Positions 1 to 12,400 of a stretch of DNA of 64,000 nucleotides are shown in pieces. The stretch comes from Chiloscyllium plagiosum (lineage: Eukaryota): positions 90,549,756 to 90,613,755 of the forward strand of contig NC_057719.1 of NCBI RefSeq assembly GCF_004010195.1, in the 5' to 3' direction. The notes beneath the pieces are model-generated. The model made no database searches and was not told the origin of the DNA. It saw only the letters and a program-made list of their open reading frames with translations. How positions within the stretch are numbered: the first letter of the stretch is position 1; each line of letters begins with the position of its first letter. A program made the position numbers and the translations under genes.

Positions 1-882
1 GTAAGTTTGCTGATGACACGAAGTTTGATGGAGTTGTGGATAGTGTGGAGGGCTGCTGTAGGTTGTAACGGGACATTGACAGGATGCAGAACTGGGCTGA
101 TAAGTGGCAGATCGAGTACAACCGGAAAAGTGTGAAGTAATTCATTTTGGAAGGTTGACTTTGAATACAGGGTTAAAGGCAGGATTCTTGGCAGTGTAGA
201 GAAACAGAGGGATCTTGGAGTCTAGGTCCATAGATCACTCAAAGTTGCTACCAATGTTGTTAGGGTTGTTAAGAAGATGTAAGGTGTGTTGGTTTTCATT
301 AGCTGGGAGATTGAGTTTAAGAGCTGTGAAGTTATGCTGCATTTCTTGAACCTTGGTTCGAACACACTTGGAATATTGTGTTCAGTTCTGGTCACTTCAT
401 TATAGGAAGGATGTGGAAGCTTCAGAGAGGGTGTGAAGGGGATTTATCAGGATGCTACCTGGACTGGAGGGCATGCCTTAAGAAAGGTTGAGGGAGCTAC
501 AGCTTTTCTCATTGGATCGAAGAAAGGTGAGAGGTGACTTGATAGAGGTGTGCAATATGATGAGGCATAGATAGAATGAATAGTCAGAGACTTTTTACCA
601 AGGCAGAAAAGGCTATTACAAGGAGCATAATTTTAAGGTAACTGGAGGAAGGTTTAGGGGAGATGTCAGACGTCGGTTCTTTACACAGAGAGTGGTGGGT
701 GCGTGGAATGCACTGCCAATGGTGGTAGGAAAGTCAGATTGGGTTAGGGACATTTAAACAACTCTTGGATCTGCACATGGATGATACTAAAATGAAGCTT
801 AGTTTGATCTTACAGTAGGATTAAAGGTCGGCACAACATCGAGGGCCAAAGGGCCTGTACTGTGCTATACTGTTCTCTGTTC
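1..882 (+). mobile_element. CR1 (HER1-like) LINE, 3' fragment
   Basis: Starts in SKFADDTK, continues with LEYCVQFWS-like decayed ORF2 and ends in the CR1 3' UTR/tail. Confidence 0.9.
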
Positions 883-1129
883 AACTTCCTGAGCCTGCAG
901 CAGCTCCCTGCTGGGTGAACTCTTGTCTCACCGCGACTGCACTCACACAGTGAAATCAAATAACTCTTCAGATGTGGTGGAGAGCAATGGGCTATTTTAA
1001 GTTTTTTGTGCAACCTAATGGAAATGAATGAGCGAACAGAAGAACAGTTCACATTGTCCATATATGTACTTTAAACATCAACAAATGAGTAAAGGACAAA
1101 GTGGCTTTGGTCAGGTTTAACACACTTAC

Positions 1130-1191
1130 AGATCTCCTCGTGTCAGAGTGGCTGCTGCTGTTTTCTTCAACTTCCCAACTGATCCTTCAAA
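1130..1191 (-). CDS. BICRA: BICRA-family exon, 62 nt (FEGSVGKLKKTAAATLTRGD-L), just before the GLTSCR1 domain
   Basis: Long polypyrimidine acceptor ttttgcttttgtactttgcag|TTT and donor CT|gtaagt. Resembles human YESKLSGLKKPPTLQPSKEAC. The GLTSCR1-domain exons should lie beyond position 1. Confidence 0.8.
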
Positions 1192-1371
1192 CTGCAAAGT
1201 ACAAAAGCAAAACAAAATAGAGCAGAATACAAATGTCTCCTTTTGTTTAAGAGTGAATTGACTTCCCAGAATTTGCAGACTAGGTTTTCAACAGATTTAC
1301 AACAGTAACTGTATAATCCAGAGATAAAATAAAGGTTGTAAGAAGTTCCCAACCAATGATAACATACTAAC

Positions 1372-1506
1372 CAATGCTGAGTGGAGATGCTGATTTGCTG
1401 TTGATGTGATGTGAGCAATTCCTTTCCCAATCATTTGGATTTGGATTGAACCCTTACTTAGGGTGACATTCAGGCCTGTGAGGTTGCTGATCATACTGGA
1501 TGTTGT
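1372..1506 (-). CDS. BICRA: BICRA-family exon, 135 nt (TTSSMISNLTGLNVTLSK...HSAL)
   Basis: Acceptor ttgttcattcttcag|ACA, donor TTG|gttagt, phase 0-0. SNLTGLNV resembles the SNLPTLNV segment I recall upstream of the GLTSCR1 domain in human BICRA. Confidence 0.72.
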
Positions 1507-2234
1507 CTGAAGAATGAACAATAAAAATCACACCATTAGAAGATGGTACAAGTTTGAACAATAAACTGTTACAAAAAACAATGGTTGTTTTAAAAATAAA
1601 TGGTCAGTCGCACCAATGTTTGCTGATGATTGTACAACACTCAGCAACACTCATGAACTGAGCAGACACTGGATGGCCAATTAGGTTATTAATTAATCTG
1701 TCAATGCTTGAAAACACCACACTCTTCAAACGGGGAATAGACCACAAACAAACTCAAAGCTCATTAACTCTCCTGATGTACTCCATGTAACCCTTTTTCG
1801 TTCAGGTCTGTCTGTTAAAACTTGTATATTGCCTCTTGCAATTTAATTCCCTCTTGTGAAAACCTTTTAGGTTCTTTTAAAATGCATTAACAGGATACAG
1901 GGATCACTGGCAAGACCAGCATCTGTTGCCTATCTCTAACCTCCCAATGGACTGAGAGGCTTGCTCGGTCATTTCAGAGGGAGTTAACAGTCAATCACAT
2001 TTCTGTGGGTCTGGAGTCATAAATGCCAGACCAGGTGAGACCTCCCTCCCTGAAGGGTTTTTGTGTGGAGTGAATGGAATTGGCTAATCTATGATGCTGA
2101 GGGCCTCTGAGGTCCACTTGATACTTTTGGCTGTAAGATGTTTGCACTCATATTTCGGTAACCTTCACTTGAAACAAGCATCTCCTAATCTCTCTCATCA
2201 CCCTCAGTAACATTTTAACTTTATAACTCCTCTT

Positions 2235-2990
2235 TGTTGTTTAGACCAGGCCAGACCCTCTCAAAACATTTCAAGAAAGTAGCCAATTTGCTGGTTGTTT
2301 TAAGCAGGTGTAACGTGGATATTCCAGGAGTGACGCAGCTGGTCAAACCACTTAGTTTTAAACAAACAGAATTTATTCACAAGATTAGTGAATGAAACAG
2401 AGAACAGTATACAGAATCACTTAACCTATCCAAAATCCTAACAGATTTTTATACCAATTTAATAATGCTGTTCCCAATACTTGCATCAATCCCCATAAAT
2501 ACCTCTTTGCATAAAACACGGTCTTACAGGAGAGATATCAGAGGGGTGGCAGCATGGAACACCCTCTTCCATATAGCTGTTTCTTGGACCAGCAGCCTCA
2601 AACTGCCTGACTGCTTTCAGTGAATAGCCAGACTGCCAAAAAACCAAATCAATTCATTCCTGATGAAGGGCTTATGCCCGAAACATTGATCCTCCTGCTC
2701 CTTAGATGCTGCCTGACCTGCTGCGCTTTTCCAGCACCACATTCTCGACCCAAAAGCCAAATCAAACCAGAGAAAAGCTGAGTTGGGAGAACTGGCCACT
2801 CGTCTTTCATCATATAAGTGCTTTTTAAAAAAAATGAAAGCCTTTTGCCTGAGGCAATAGCTGTTGGCTAAAATCAAATTTGGCCTAAAACTCATCCAAG
2901 CCAGACATTTTGGAATCACTGTTTTTATGACTGCTCTGAAAAAAAAAGCAAAGGACAGTGTGTTGCCTTGTTAAAGGAGAAGCATCATCA
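2235..2990 (-). mobile_element. Probable solo LTR, interrupted by a Penelope-type repeat
   Basis: TG...CA termini, a minus-strand AATAAA near 2370, no ORF. No clear TSD. Confidence 0.4.
2653..2751 (+). mobile_element. Penelope-type short repeat, family A, with hammerhead core
   Basis: CTGATGA-A-GGGC-TTAT-GCCC-GAAA at 2660-2683. 14-bp TSD with one mismatch (aaaaaccaaatcaa 2639-2652 / aaaagccaaatcaa 2752-2765). Confidence 0.75.
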
Positions 2991-4255
2991 CATCGTAAAC
3001 CGGTGTTCATCACAAGGTTGGGACTCGATTAGAACTCCATATCATTTAGAGAAAGTAACCCCTGCTTCACTGTCCCTGCTCCAGTGTGAATAATGTCACT
3101 ATCTCCAGCCTACCTTCTTCCCTGCAGACTTCTATCACTTGTAAATCCGCAAGTCATACTCTCTGTGCTTTCATATCCTTTCTACAAAGTGCCATCAAGA
3201 ACTATACACAGCACACCAGTAGTGAACCATGTCATTTTCAATACAATAAGCTTCAACACAAATGTGTTTTTTTCTTTCTTTTTGTGCACTTCTATAATAT
3301 TCAATGTAAAAAAAGCACCTTTTTATGCTCACATGTCTGTACTTGCATATTTGGGGAATAATTTGAGACATTCAAGAGATCATTGGATGGTTATTTGAAC
3401 TGGAACAGTATGTAGAGATCTGGAGATAAGGAGATTGGCACTGTGTAATTAAACCAGAGCAGTCACGATGGGTTTACAGGCACCTATGGCTACATTTTGC
3501 ACCATATCAGCTCTGTAGGTCTGTGATGTACAGCAAACCTTTTATTATCCAATAACTATGGCACCAGGAATGTGCTGGTTGATCAAATATTCCAGATTAT
3601 CAAGAAGTCCACATAATCAAGGTAAAAATACACACTAAATAATAGAAACATGATGCAGGAGGTATACACATCACTGTTATACCTGATTTATGGCATAAAT
3701 CACTTCAATAATAATGCAACTTTGCCTTAAATAAAACTTCCTGGGAGGGAGCCTTCTCACTTGCAACCTTGGACATCACGGTAGTTCACAGTATTTGAGG
3801 AGAAATTGACTCAACAGTGAATCAACTGTTGATATTTTGTGTGGCCATTCAATTGAACAAGTATATATACATTAAGTAAATAAATTAAATAATTATAATT
3901 ATTAGACAGAATAATACAGTAAACTTCATGGTATTTGAACTATATAATGTTTGCCGGTTCATAAGGTGCCAGTTAAACCAAAGCTTGCTGCGTTTAAATC
4001 GAATGTGTTTACCCTTCTTCCCTTCAATGTGTGTAGACCAATTCTTTTCTTCATTTTGCTGATTTTCCTCTTGAAATAGACCCATTATGGTCCCCAATAT
4101 ATGTCATAATTAACAACAATTTATTTATTTAGCACCTTTGATGAAACAGAATATCCGAAAGTGCTTCACTGGTGCATTGTAAAACATAGTCAAGCACTAA
4201 GCCAGGTAAGGAGATAATATGGTTAAAACAATAAGCTTGGTCAAAAAGTCTTACA

Positions 4256-4810
4256 CGCTGAAAATGTGTTGCTGGAAAAGCGCAGCAGGTCAGGCAGCAT
4301 CCAGGGAACAGGAGAATCGACGTTTCGGGCATAAGCCCTTCGATTCTCCTGTTCCCTGGATGCTGCCTGACCTGCTGCACTTTTCCAGCAACACATTTTC
4401 AGCTCTGATCTCCAGCATCTGCAGACCTCACTTTCTGCCCATACTACTGGCCAATCCCCTGTTGACATTGGTAACCATGCTGCTGATGAGGCTGCAAAAC
4501 AGGTCTCTCGCAATCGTCTTAAGATTGTGCCTAAAATGGTGAGCCAGACTGAAAGCTCTGACAAGGATGGGTCTACCTTGGGTAAACTGACGCCAATCAT
4601 TCAAGATGTTGTTACCTTACAGAGGGACACCTCTGATTCTGAAAGGCAGTTGTGGTCCAAACCCAGCTGCTATTGTAATCCTGTTACTAAACTATGGACC
4701 ACTCCAGCTGGACAGATTTGTACGTCTGATGCTCTTGCTCTATGGGTAGTCGATTGTCTTCACAATGCTACACACTGTGGTGCTCGTTTGACATCTGACC
4801 TCACTTTCTC
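4256..4810 (+). mobile_element. Penelope-type family A inverted-pair insertion containing a retroviral pol fragment
   Basis: Exact 14-bp TSD caaaaagtcttaca (4242-4255 / 4811-4824). Inverted arm 4257-4341, direct arm 4342-4436, foreign insert 4437-4796. Confidence 0.85.
4437..4796 (+). pseudogene. Retroviral (ERV-like) pol fragment: RNase H C-terminus to integrase N-terminus
   Basis: 120 stop-free codons. AHTTGQSPVDIGNHAADEAAK matches the RNase H H...GN..AD..AK motif; LHNATHCG matches the integrase HHCC histidines. Flanked by the 13-bp duplication gacctcactttct. Confidence 0.8.
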
Positions 4811-4829
4811 CAAAAAGTCTTACAATTTG

Positions 4830-5560
4830 GAAGACAGGTCAACTGACAGTGGGTGCAGGGAGGGTGCAGGAGCTTACAGCACATGGCAGAGCAATTAAAA
4901 ATCATGCCTGCATGAGATAATTTTAGATATCTTCAAGGGTTGTGGGGCTGTAGGAGATCTTAGAGATAGGTAAAGGTGAAGTCCTGGAAGAATTTGAAAG
5001 AAGAGGGTGTGAAGACTTGTCTGGAGCTGGCACAGATTAGCACAGAGAAAGACATGGTGTGATTGAAGACATGGGCAGCAGAGTTTTGGATGTCCCCTTG
5101 TGTATATAGAGGGTAGAATATGAGACAGCAGCCAGGAGAGTGCTGGAATAATTGAGTCTACAAATAAAAATGCCCTGGATGAGGACTTCAGCAGCAGATG
5201 AGCTGAGACAGAGCTGCAGTTGGACAACTTTACAGACAGGGAATCTCAGTGTTTGTGCGAATATGAAGCTGTCTTGGGTCAAATATGGATATCAAGATTG
5301 TGAATAAAACTAGTTTATTCTCAAGCTGTTGCCAGAGTGTGGAGCAAGGGCCAAAACGAATGGTTTTACACTTCCGAGTATTTAATGGAAGTAAATTATT
5401 GCTCATCAAGAACTGGATATTACAGAGTCCGATCATTTAGTGACAAGGGAAGAGTGGAGAGAACCGATGCTAAGATAGAACTGGATGTTGCCAGCATACA
5501 TGTGAAAACTAATATTGTGCTATCAGATGATGTAACTGAGGGAGAGTGAAGTAGATAGAG
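4830..5560 (-). mobile_element. Old L2-type LINE fragment
   Basis: Minus strand SFHMYA...IQFYL is a decayed YADDTQLYL motif; same family as 18100-19800. Confidence 0.6.
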
Positions 5561-6979
5561 GGAACCCTGAATCCGGAATCATTAAGGTTAATCCCACAAT
5601 GAAATGTCTCACATTCAGCACACACTAGGTGCAGATTTCTTCTTTATATTAATTCTTAGGGAAGTAGGCGTCATTGGCTGGACTAGCATTTCTTGCTCAT
5701 CCTCAATGACCATTGAGACAGTGGTGGTAAGCCGCCATCTTGAATCATTGCAGTTCACGGATACCATCACACCATTGCATTACCAAGACTAAACCCTCTT
5801 CAAACATTTCCCCTTAACTATAGCATTATAGAATCCAGATAGAGACCATTGTATGCATACTGGCTGTGAGCTAATGCAATTCAAGACTCATACCACTGGC
5901 CCACTCACCCAGCAATCTGGTATTCTCCTCTAAGGAGGGTATTGGGTGTAAAAGCTGCTAGAGTGAAGTCCTGTTTGGACTAGGCATTTATCACTAATTC
6001 ATGTTTTCTAACTGCCATTAGTTAAAATAACTGCCTTGTGATAACCAGTTATTTCCTTGTTAAGGATAGAAATTTTTGGGGGGTGGGGGGGATGTTATCT
6101 TTTAAGATAAGTTTATCAGACAGGCAAATTGGAGATTTTGAATAGTTTAATTATACCTTTTCACATTTGTGCCGAATAGTAGGGTTTGATTTCCAGCATA
6201 TGGTAAGTCATGATGTAAGTGCATGGGATACACTAAAATGTGTAATAGATGTTTAATATTGTAGCTGTATAATGCACTACTTAGGCCATAGCAACACTAC
6301 ATGCTGTATCTGAAATATGTGATTACACCATGGAGGGTACTGAAATGACATGTGGCAATGCTGCTTGGGTTGGAGAATTTTACACAAGAGGAAAGATTGG
6401 ATAGGGTTCAGTTGTTTAATCTGAAATAGTGAAGGCTGAAGGGAGTTTGAATTGATGAATATAAAATTGGAGGGTTCTCGACTAAGTGGGTTCAAATCAC
6501 TTTGGTTGAGAGGCCTGAACCCACAGCACAGATTTATGGCAAGAGGGTGAGAGGGGGTTTGGAAGAATTTCTTCTACCTAAAAGGTAGTCAGGGTCTGGA
6601 ATTCACTGAATGGAAGAATGGTTGAGATGGAACCCCTCATCATATTGAATCAGTCCTTGGATATCCAAATGAAATACAGTCACCTTCAGAACTACAGGCG
6701 AGCAACTGGAATGGAAGATCGGTCCAGAGAGACTCTTGTCAGCTAGCATGGGCTCAATAGACTGATTGGCCTCTTTTCATGCCTCACATTTTATGATCTC
6801 TACATTTTAATTAGACTTTCAACTTCTCTTTTTTTTTCAAAACATGGGAAATAGGAACAGGAACGGGGAGAGATAAAAGCCTAGTGATATTATCACTATA
6901 ATAATAATCCAGAAACTCAGCTAATGTTCTGGGTTGAAATCTGCCATGGAAGATGGGATTTAAAATCAATAAAGAATCT

Positions 6980-7645
6980 GTTTCCTGTCAGCTAACCAAT
7001 TCTCAATCCATGCCAGTATATTATCACCAGTTCCGTGTGCTTTGATTTTCTGCATTACAATAATCTTTTGTGGGACTTTCTTAAAAGCTTTCTGAAAATC
7101 CAAAACACCACATTTACTGATTTGCCCTCATCTATTCTGCACCATACGTCCTCAAAAGTCTCCAGTGAGTTGTCAAATGCTACTTTCTTTTTATAAATCC
7201 ATATCCTAAGTGTCCAGTTATTATATCCATAGATGTTCCCTCCTTCTGATGGTCTGCCATTTCCAGTTTTCTCCCTCCTTCCTATATTAAATGGTAGAGT
7301 TACATTTTCCACTGTTCAATCTGCAGGGATTGTTCCAGAATCTACAGAAATTTGGAAGATGATAACCAACACATCCACTATTTCCATGGTCACTTCCTTT
7401 AGTATCTTTATGAGTACCATTAATTTCTCCAGCAGTATTTTGTAATCATATCAATCTCCTTCAATTCTTCCTTCCCAATATACACTTGCCTCTCCAGCAT
7501 TTCAAGGAAATTTTCTGAGTCCTCTTCTGTGAACTAAAGTAGTTGTTTTATTGCTCTGTCATTTCTTTGTTCTCTATTATCAATTCACCCCTATTCAAGA
7601 TTGTACGGGACTCAACATTTGTTTGCACTAATCTTTTTCTTTTTA
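6980..7645 (-). mobile_element. Old CR1 LINE fragment (continues at about 8075-8127, 14117-14305 and 14525-14668)
   Basis: Decayed RT N-terminal motifs (IDEGKSVNVV; DFQKAF/KVPHKRLL-like). The pieces are collinear across later insertions. Confidence 0.7.
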
Positions 7646-7649
7646 GGTA

Positions 7650-8075
7650 AAGGGAGAGGCTGAATAGGCTGGGGCTGTTTTCCCTGGAGTGTCAGAGGCT
7701 GAGGGGTGGCCTTATAGAAGATTAGAAAATCATGAGGGGCATGGATAGGATAAACAGACAACATCTTTTCCCTGGGGTGGGGGAGTCCAGCACCAGAGAG
7801 CATAGGTTCAGAGGGAGAGGGGAAAGGTATAAAAGAGACCCAAGGGGGAACTTTCTCACACAGTGCATGTATAGAGTGAGCTGCCAGAGGAAGTGGTGGA
7901 GGCTGGAACAATTACTGCATTTAAAAGGCATCTAGATGGGTACATGAATAGGAAGGGTTTAGAGGGATATGGGCCAGGTGCAGGCAGGTTAGATTAGATT
8001 GGGATATCTGGTCGGCATGGACGAGTTGGACCAAAGGGTCTGTTTCCGTGTTGTACATCTCTATGACTCTATGAC
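7650..8075 (+). mobile_element. Young CR1 (HER1-like) 3' fragment
   Basis: RLNRLGLFSLE...LYKIMRGMDR-like terminus plus 3' UTR ending in the (ctatgact)n tail. Confidence 0.9.
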
Positions 8076-8958
8076 ACGGATATGGAACCTCTTGGAGTGA
8101 TTTTATATTGTGAGTTTACTCTCATTTTAAGACTTTTTATACATATATTTATTGAAAAAAGGGTTATTTTTAATATTACAACAAATCCAAATCATTACAA
8201 TTCAAAAAAGTACAAAGAAAAAGCACAGAATATAAGGGCCAACTAAATACATAAATAAATAATAACTAACAATTAACTAATAAATAATAATACGGCTCAG
8301 CGAGACAAAACAATAGCTCTCGACAATCGAGAGCATTAATTTATTCATATTCATATGTTTGTAATTCTTCCTCTCTGGGTGTTAGATTCATTAAACACAA
8401 TTGTTATGACTATATAAAAGCCCTTATTAGTGTGGCAGACAAGTCTGTGCCCAGGTAATCCAAAAAGGGTTGCCATGTTGTATGGAAATTCTCAGTTTTA
8501 TGGTGCACTATACCGGTAAGAAAATCCAAAAGGATACGCTCCATGATTAGTTTATGCCAGCCCGAAAAACAGGGGGATTTTCAGACACCCATCCTAGCAT
8601 ATTGATTTTCCTTGCGCAAAAAGTAAGGATATTGAAAAGTTTTTTTTATGCGCATCTAAAGGCAGTACACTAGCCAGGTCAGGAAGAAGAGAGACTAGGT
8701 CCTTCTCCACCTTTGTCCCCAAGATCCTCTCTATTTCATCAACCACAGCGCTCCAGTATGTCCGGACCAGAGGCAGGACCAGAGACAATGAGTGAGAGTA
8801 CCCGTACTCATTTTGTACTTGGGACATGTTGAAGGTACTCCCGTTTTAAATTTTGAGAGATGATCTGGAGCCAAGTGGACCTTGTGGAGATCTTCAACTG
8901 CAAGGCCAGGGTCCGATTGCAAATTGAGATCTTTTTGACATTTTCCCAAATATCATTT

Positions 8959-9272
8959 GGGCGGCACGGTGGCACAGTAGTTAGCACTGCTGCCTCACAG
9001 CGCCAGAGACCTGGGTTCAATTCCCGACTCAGGCGACTGACTGTGTGGAGTTTGCACATTCTCCCCGTGTCTGCGTGGGTTTCCTCCAGGTGCTCCGGTT
9101 TCCTCCTACACTCCAACGATGTGCAGGTCAGGTGAATTGGCCATGCTAAATTGCCCGTAGTGTTAGGTAAAGGGGTAAATGTAGGGGAATGGGTGGATTA
9201 CGCTTCGGCGGGTCGGTGTGGACTTGTTGGGCCGGAGGGCCTATTTCCACACTGTAAGTAATCTAAAAAAAA
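8959..9272 (+). mobile_element. HE1-type tRNA-derived SINE
   Basis: gggcggcacggtggcacagt A-box, ggttcaattcc B-box and a CR1-derived tail ccacactgtaagtaatcta. Inserted into the L1. Confidence 0.9.
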
Positions 9273-9490
9273 ATCTCCCCACATCTCAGAGAAGATCTCA
9301 ACACCCAGCTCTCTCTCCTACACCTTACAAAGCCACTCGGCCTTTGCGCTTCGGCGGGTCGGTGTGGACTTGTTGGGCCGAAGGGCCTGTTTCCACACTG
9401 TAAGTAATCTAAAAAAAAATTCTCCCCACATCTCAGAGGAGATCTCAACACCCAGCTCTCTCTCCTACACCTTACAAAGCCACTCGGCCT
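9201..9490 (+). repeat. About 145-bp tandem duplication of SINE tail plus adjacent L1 sequence
   Basis: 9201-9342 is repeated at 9347-9490 with three substitutions and a different A-run length. Confidence 0.9.
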
Positions 9491-12400
9491 CATCCAAGGA
9501 GCTGTCCCCCAAAAGGTGATAAAGAGTGCTAACAGAAAGTGTGTCCTGAGCACTGAGCATCCTCTTCTCCATGTCGGGAGTCAGTTAGAAGTTTAGTTCT
9601 TTTTTGAATGAAGTCCCTGATTTGAAAAAAGCAGAAGAGGCATCTGCTAGGTAGCTTGTACTTGCGAGCTAACTGGTCAAAAGACATCAGTATGTCTCCC
9701 TCAAACACACTCCTAACTACCCAGAGTTTGAACCCAGAGGCCATCATCCCTGGTCAAAAACCCAGCATGCCAATTACAGGCATAAGAAATAATGTTTTAG
9801 CAATATTGCCTTCACTTTGCTGCATTGCCCTCCATGCTGTAACAGTACTGATGACTATTGGATTTTGGCAATATTCCTTAACTGTCCTCATTTTGTCCAG
9901 GAACATCAAGCTAGTAAGAGGGCACCCTGCCTGAGAAGTTTTGATATCTAACCATATTGAAAGTGGACCCCCATGGGCTCAATCACTCACGTAAGATAAC
10001 AGCGAATTTAACTGATAGTTTTTATATCTGGGAGGTCCACACCTTCCAATCTGTGGTGCAGTTGTAATTTAGTTAATTTAATAAGGGGTTGCTTATGATA
10101 CCAGATGAAAGAAATGAACCAATTGTTCATTTTCCTGAATGTTTGCCTCGTGAAGATCAAAGGGAGCATTCACATAGCATACAATAAGCGGAGGAGAATG
10201 TTTATTTTAATGAGAGCTATCCAACCTAGCCAAGAAATAGGAAGTGCCTCCCACCTTCACTGGTCCTGTTTGATTTTGTCAAATAAATGGGCAAAATTAG
10301 CTTTAAACAGTCATTCAAAAATGGGAGTAATGAATAGACATAAATAAAGAAAACCTTCCCGTGACCATTTAAAGGGAAATCGGGATTCACCCTCGAAACC
10401 AGGCACTTTCGGGACACCACCCATAGGCATGGCCTCTGATTCTGCAAAGTTGATCTTGTAACCCATAAAAATGCCAAACAAATTGACGCATTGTATCCGA
10501 TGAGGTACCGAAACTCCTGGATTTGGCAAAAAGGTAAGGATATCATCCATATACAATGTAATCTTGTGTGACTTTGACCCCACTTCTGCAGCAGATATGT
10601 TGGAACCCAACGAATGGTCTTCGCTAGCGGTTCAGTCACCAAAGTAAAGAGCAATAGTGAGAGTTGCCCTGACGACTACCCCTAAGGATATTAAAATTGC
10701 TTGACTGCACACCATCGGTAAGAACCGCAGCAAGAGGTTCTTCACACATCTGATAAAGGCTTCACCCATGCCAAACTGCACTAAAATATAAAAAGGATAC
10801 GGCCACTCAACCCTATCAAATGCCTTCTCTGTACCAAGAGAGATCACTAATCCCTGGACAGACTGTTGTTGACACGCTTGGATCACTCTGAGTAACTTCC
10901 TAACATTATTAAATGATCTGCGGCACTTTATAAAGCCTGTCTGGTCCTCTTTAATAATGGAAGGCAACACAGTTTCTAGCCTTAGTGTAAAAGTCTTAGA
11001 GAGGATTTTGTAATCAACGTTGAAAAGTGAGATGGGCTTTTCGGAAGCACAGTTCTCCTGGGCCTTCCCTTTTTTAAGAATAAGAGAGATATTGACCTCT
11101 CTTAAGGATGGCAGAAGACAGACATGACTATATGAATCATTGAACATGCTGAGCATCAGTCCTGACAGTATGTTTATAAATCCTTTACAAAATTCACTGG
11201 GACGTTTGTCAGTACCAGGCACCTTTCTGCGCTGAAGCTCCTGCACCACTTGCACTGATAATGGGGCATTAAGGAAAGACTCTTGTTTGGAGGTTACACC
11301 TGGGAGATCCAGATTCTTGAGAAAAGACTCCAGCCTAACCAGCTCATCCTCAATTTTCAGACTGGTATAATTCGGAGTAAAATCTCCGAAATGCCGTGTT
11401 AATCCTTTTAGAATCACAGGTTAGGTTTCCAGCACCTTCCCTGATCGAAGTGATGACTTGGGGGCGGGGGGCTCTTTTTCCTGGCAAGAAACGCTAAGTA
11501 CTTGCCTGGTTTATCATCATGCTCAAACAACCTTTGTTTTGCAAAAGTAAGCTCCTTCTTAGCTTCGAGTGGATCGAAGTGCTTAGCCAACGAGGGCCAT
11601 TTTAAAGTAATGCCTTCTTGGCTGCCTTCAGCCATGTTTCGAGCAGATGTTGCTGCTCACTGTTCTGCCGCTTCTTACTGGCAGAGTAGGAAATAGCTAA
11701 ACCCCTAGCCTAAGCTTTAGCAGTTTTCCAGAAAATGGATGGATTACTGGCCGAGCCTGAATTAATATCTATGAATGCCCTGAAATCACTGGAGAAATAC
11801 TCAACAAACGTACTATCCTTAAGGATGAAGAGATCCATTCGCCAGTATCCTCAACCTACTACAGTGTCCTTGACCAATAAGTACGCTGGAGTGTGATCAG
11901 AGATAGTAATATTCCCAATTGTACAGAATGTCACCGAGTCCATGTGTGCTGCAGGGTTCAAAAAGAGATCAATCCTGGTGTGACACCCATGCGGATTGGA
12001 GAAGAAATAAAATCCCTGCCTGCAGGGTGGGTATGCCTCCAGACTTCCACCAACCCTAGTTCAACACACAAATCCTCCAACTGCTTACATTGTAAAGAGG
12101 GTATCGGGGGGCCTTTGGGAAATCTGTCTACCATAGGATCCATAAAACAATTACAACCCCCCTCATGATAATATGCTGAGATACAAGACTAATCAGCTTA
12201 GAGAATGCATCTACCAGAAATTTGAAGGGATGAGCTAGGGAGCAGTAAACATTTAAAATACCATATTCTTCTCCATTTATCATGGTTTTAAAGATTACGA
12301 ACCTCCCGTATGTGTTTTTAACATGCTCTATTAACTTAAACGGGAGATTCCTCCTGACATGTATGGCCACCCCCTACTCCTAATATTAAAATATGAGAAA

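Noticed and set aside
8959..9035. tRNA gene (also at 40190-40265, 43515-43590 and 51750-51822)
   Set aside because: The A/B boxes are the heads of HE1 SINEs, followed by SINE body and a LINE-derived tail.
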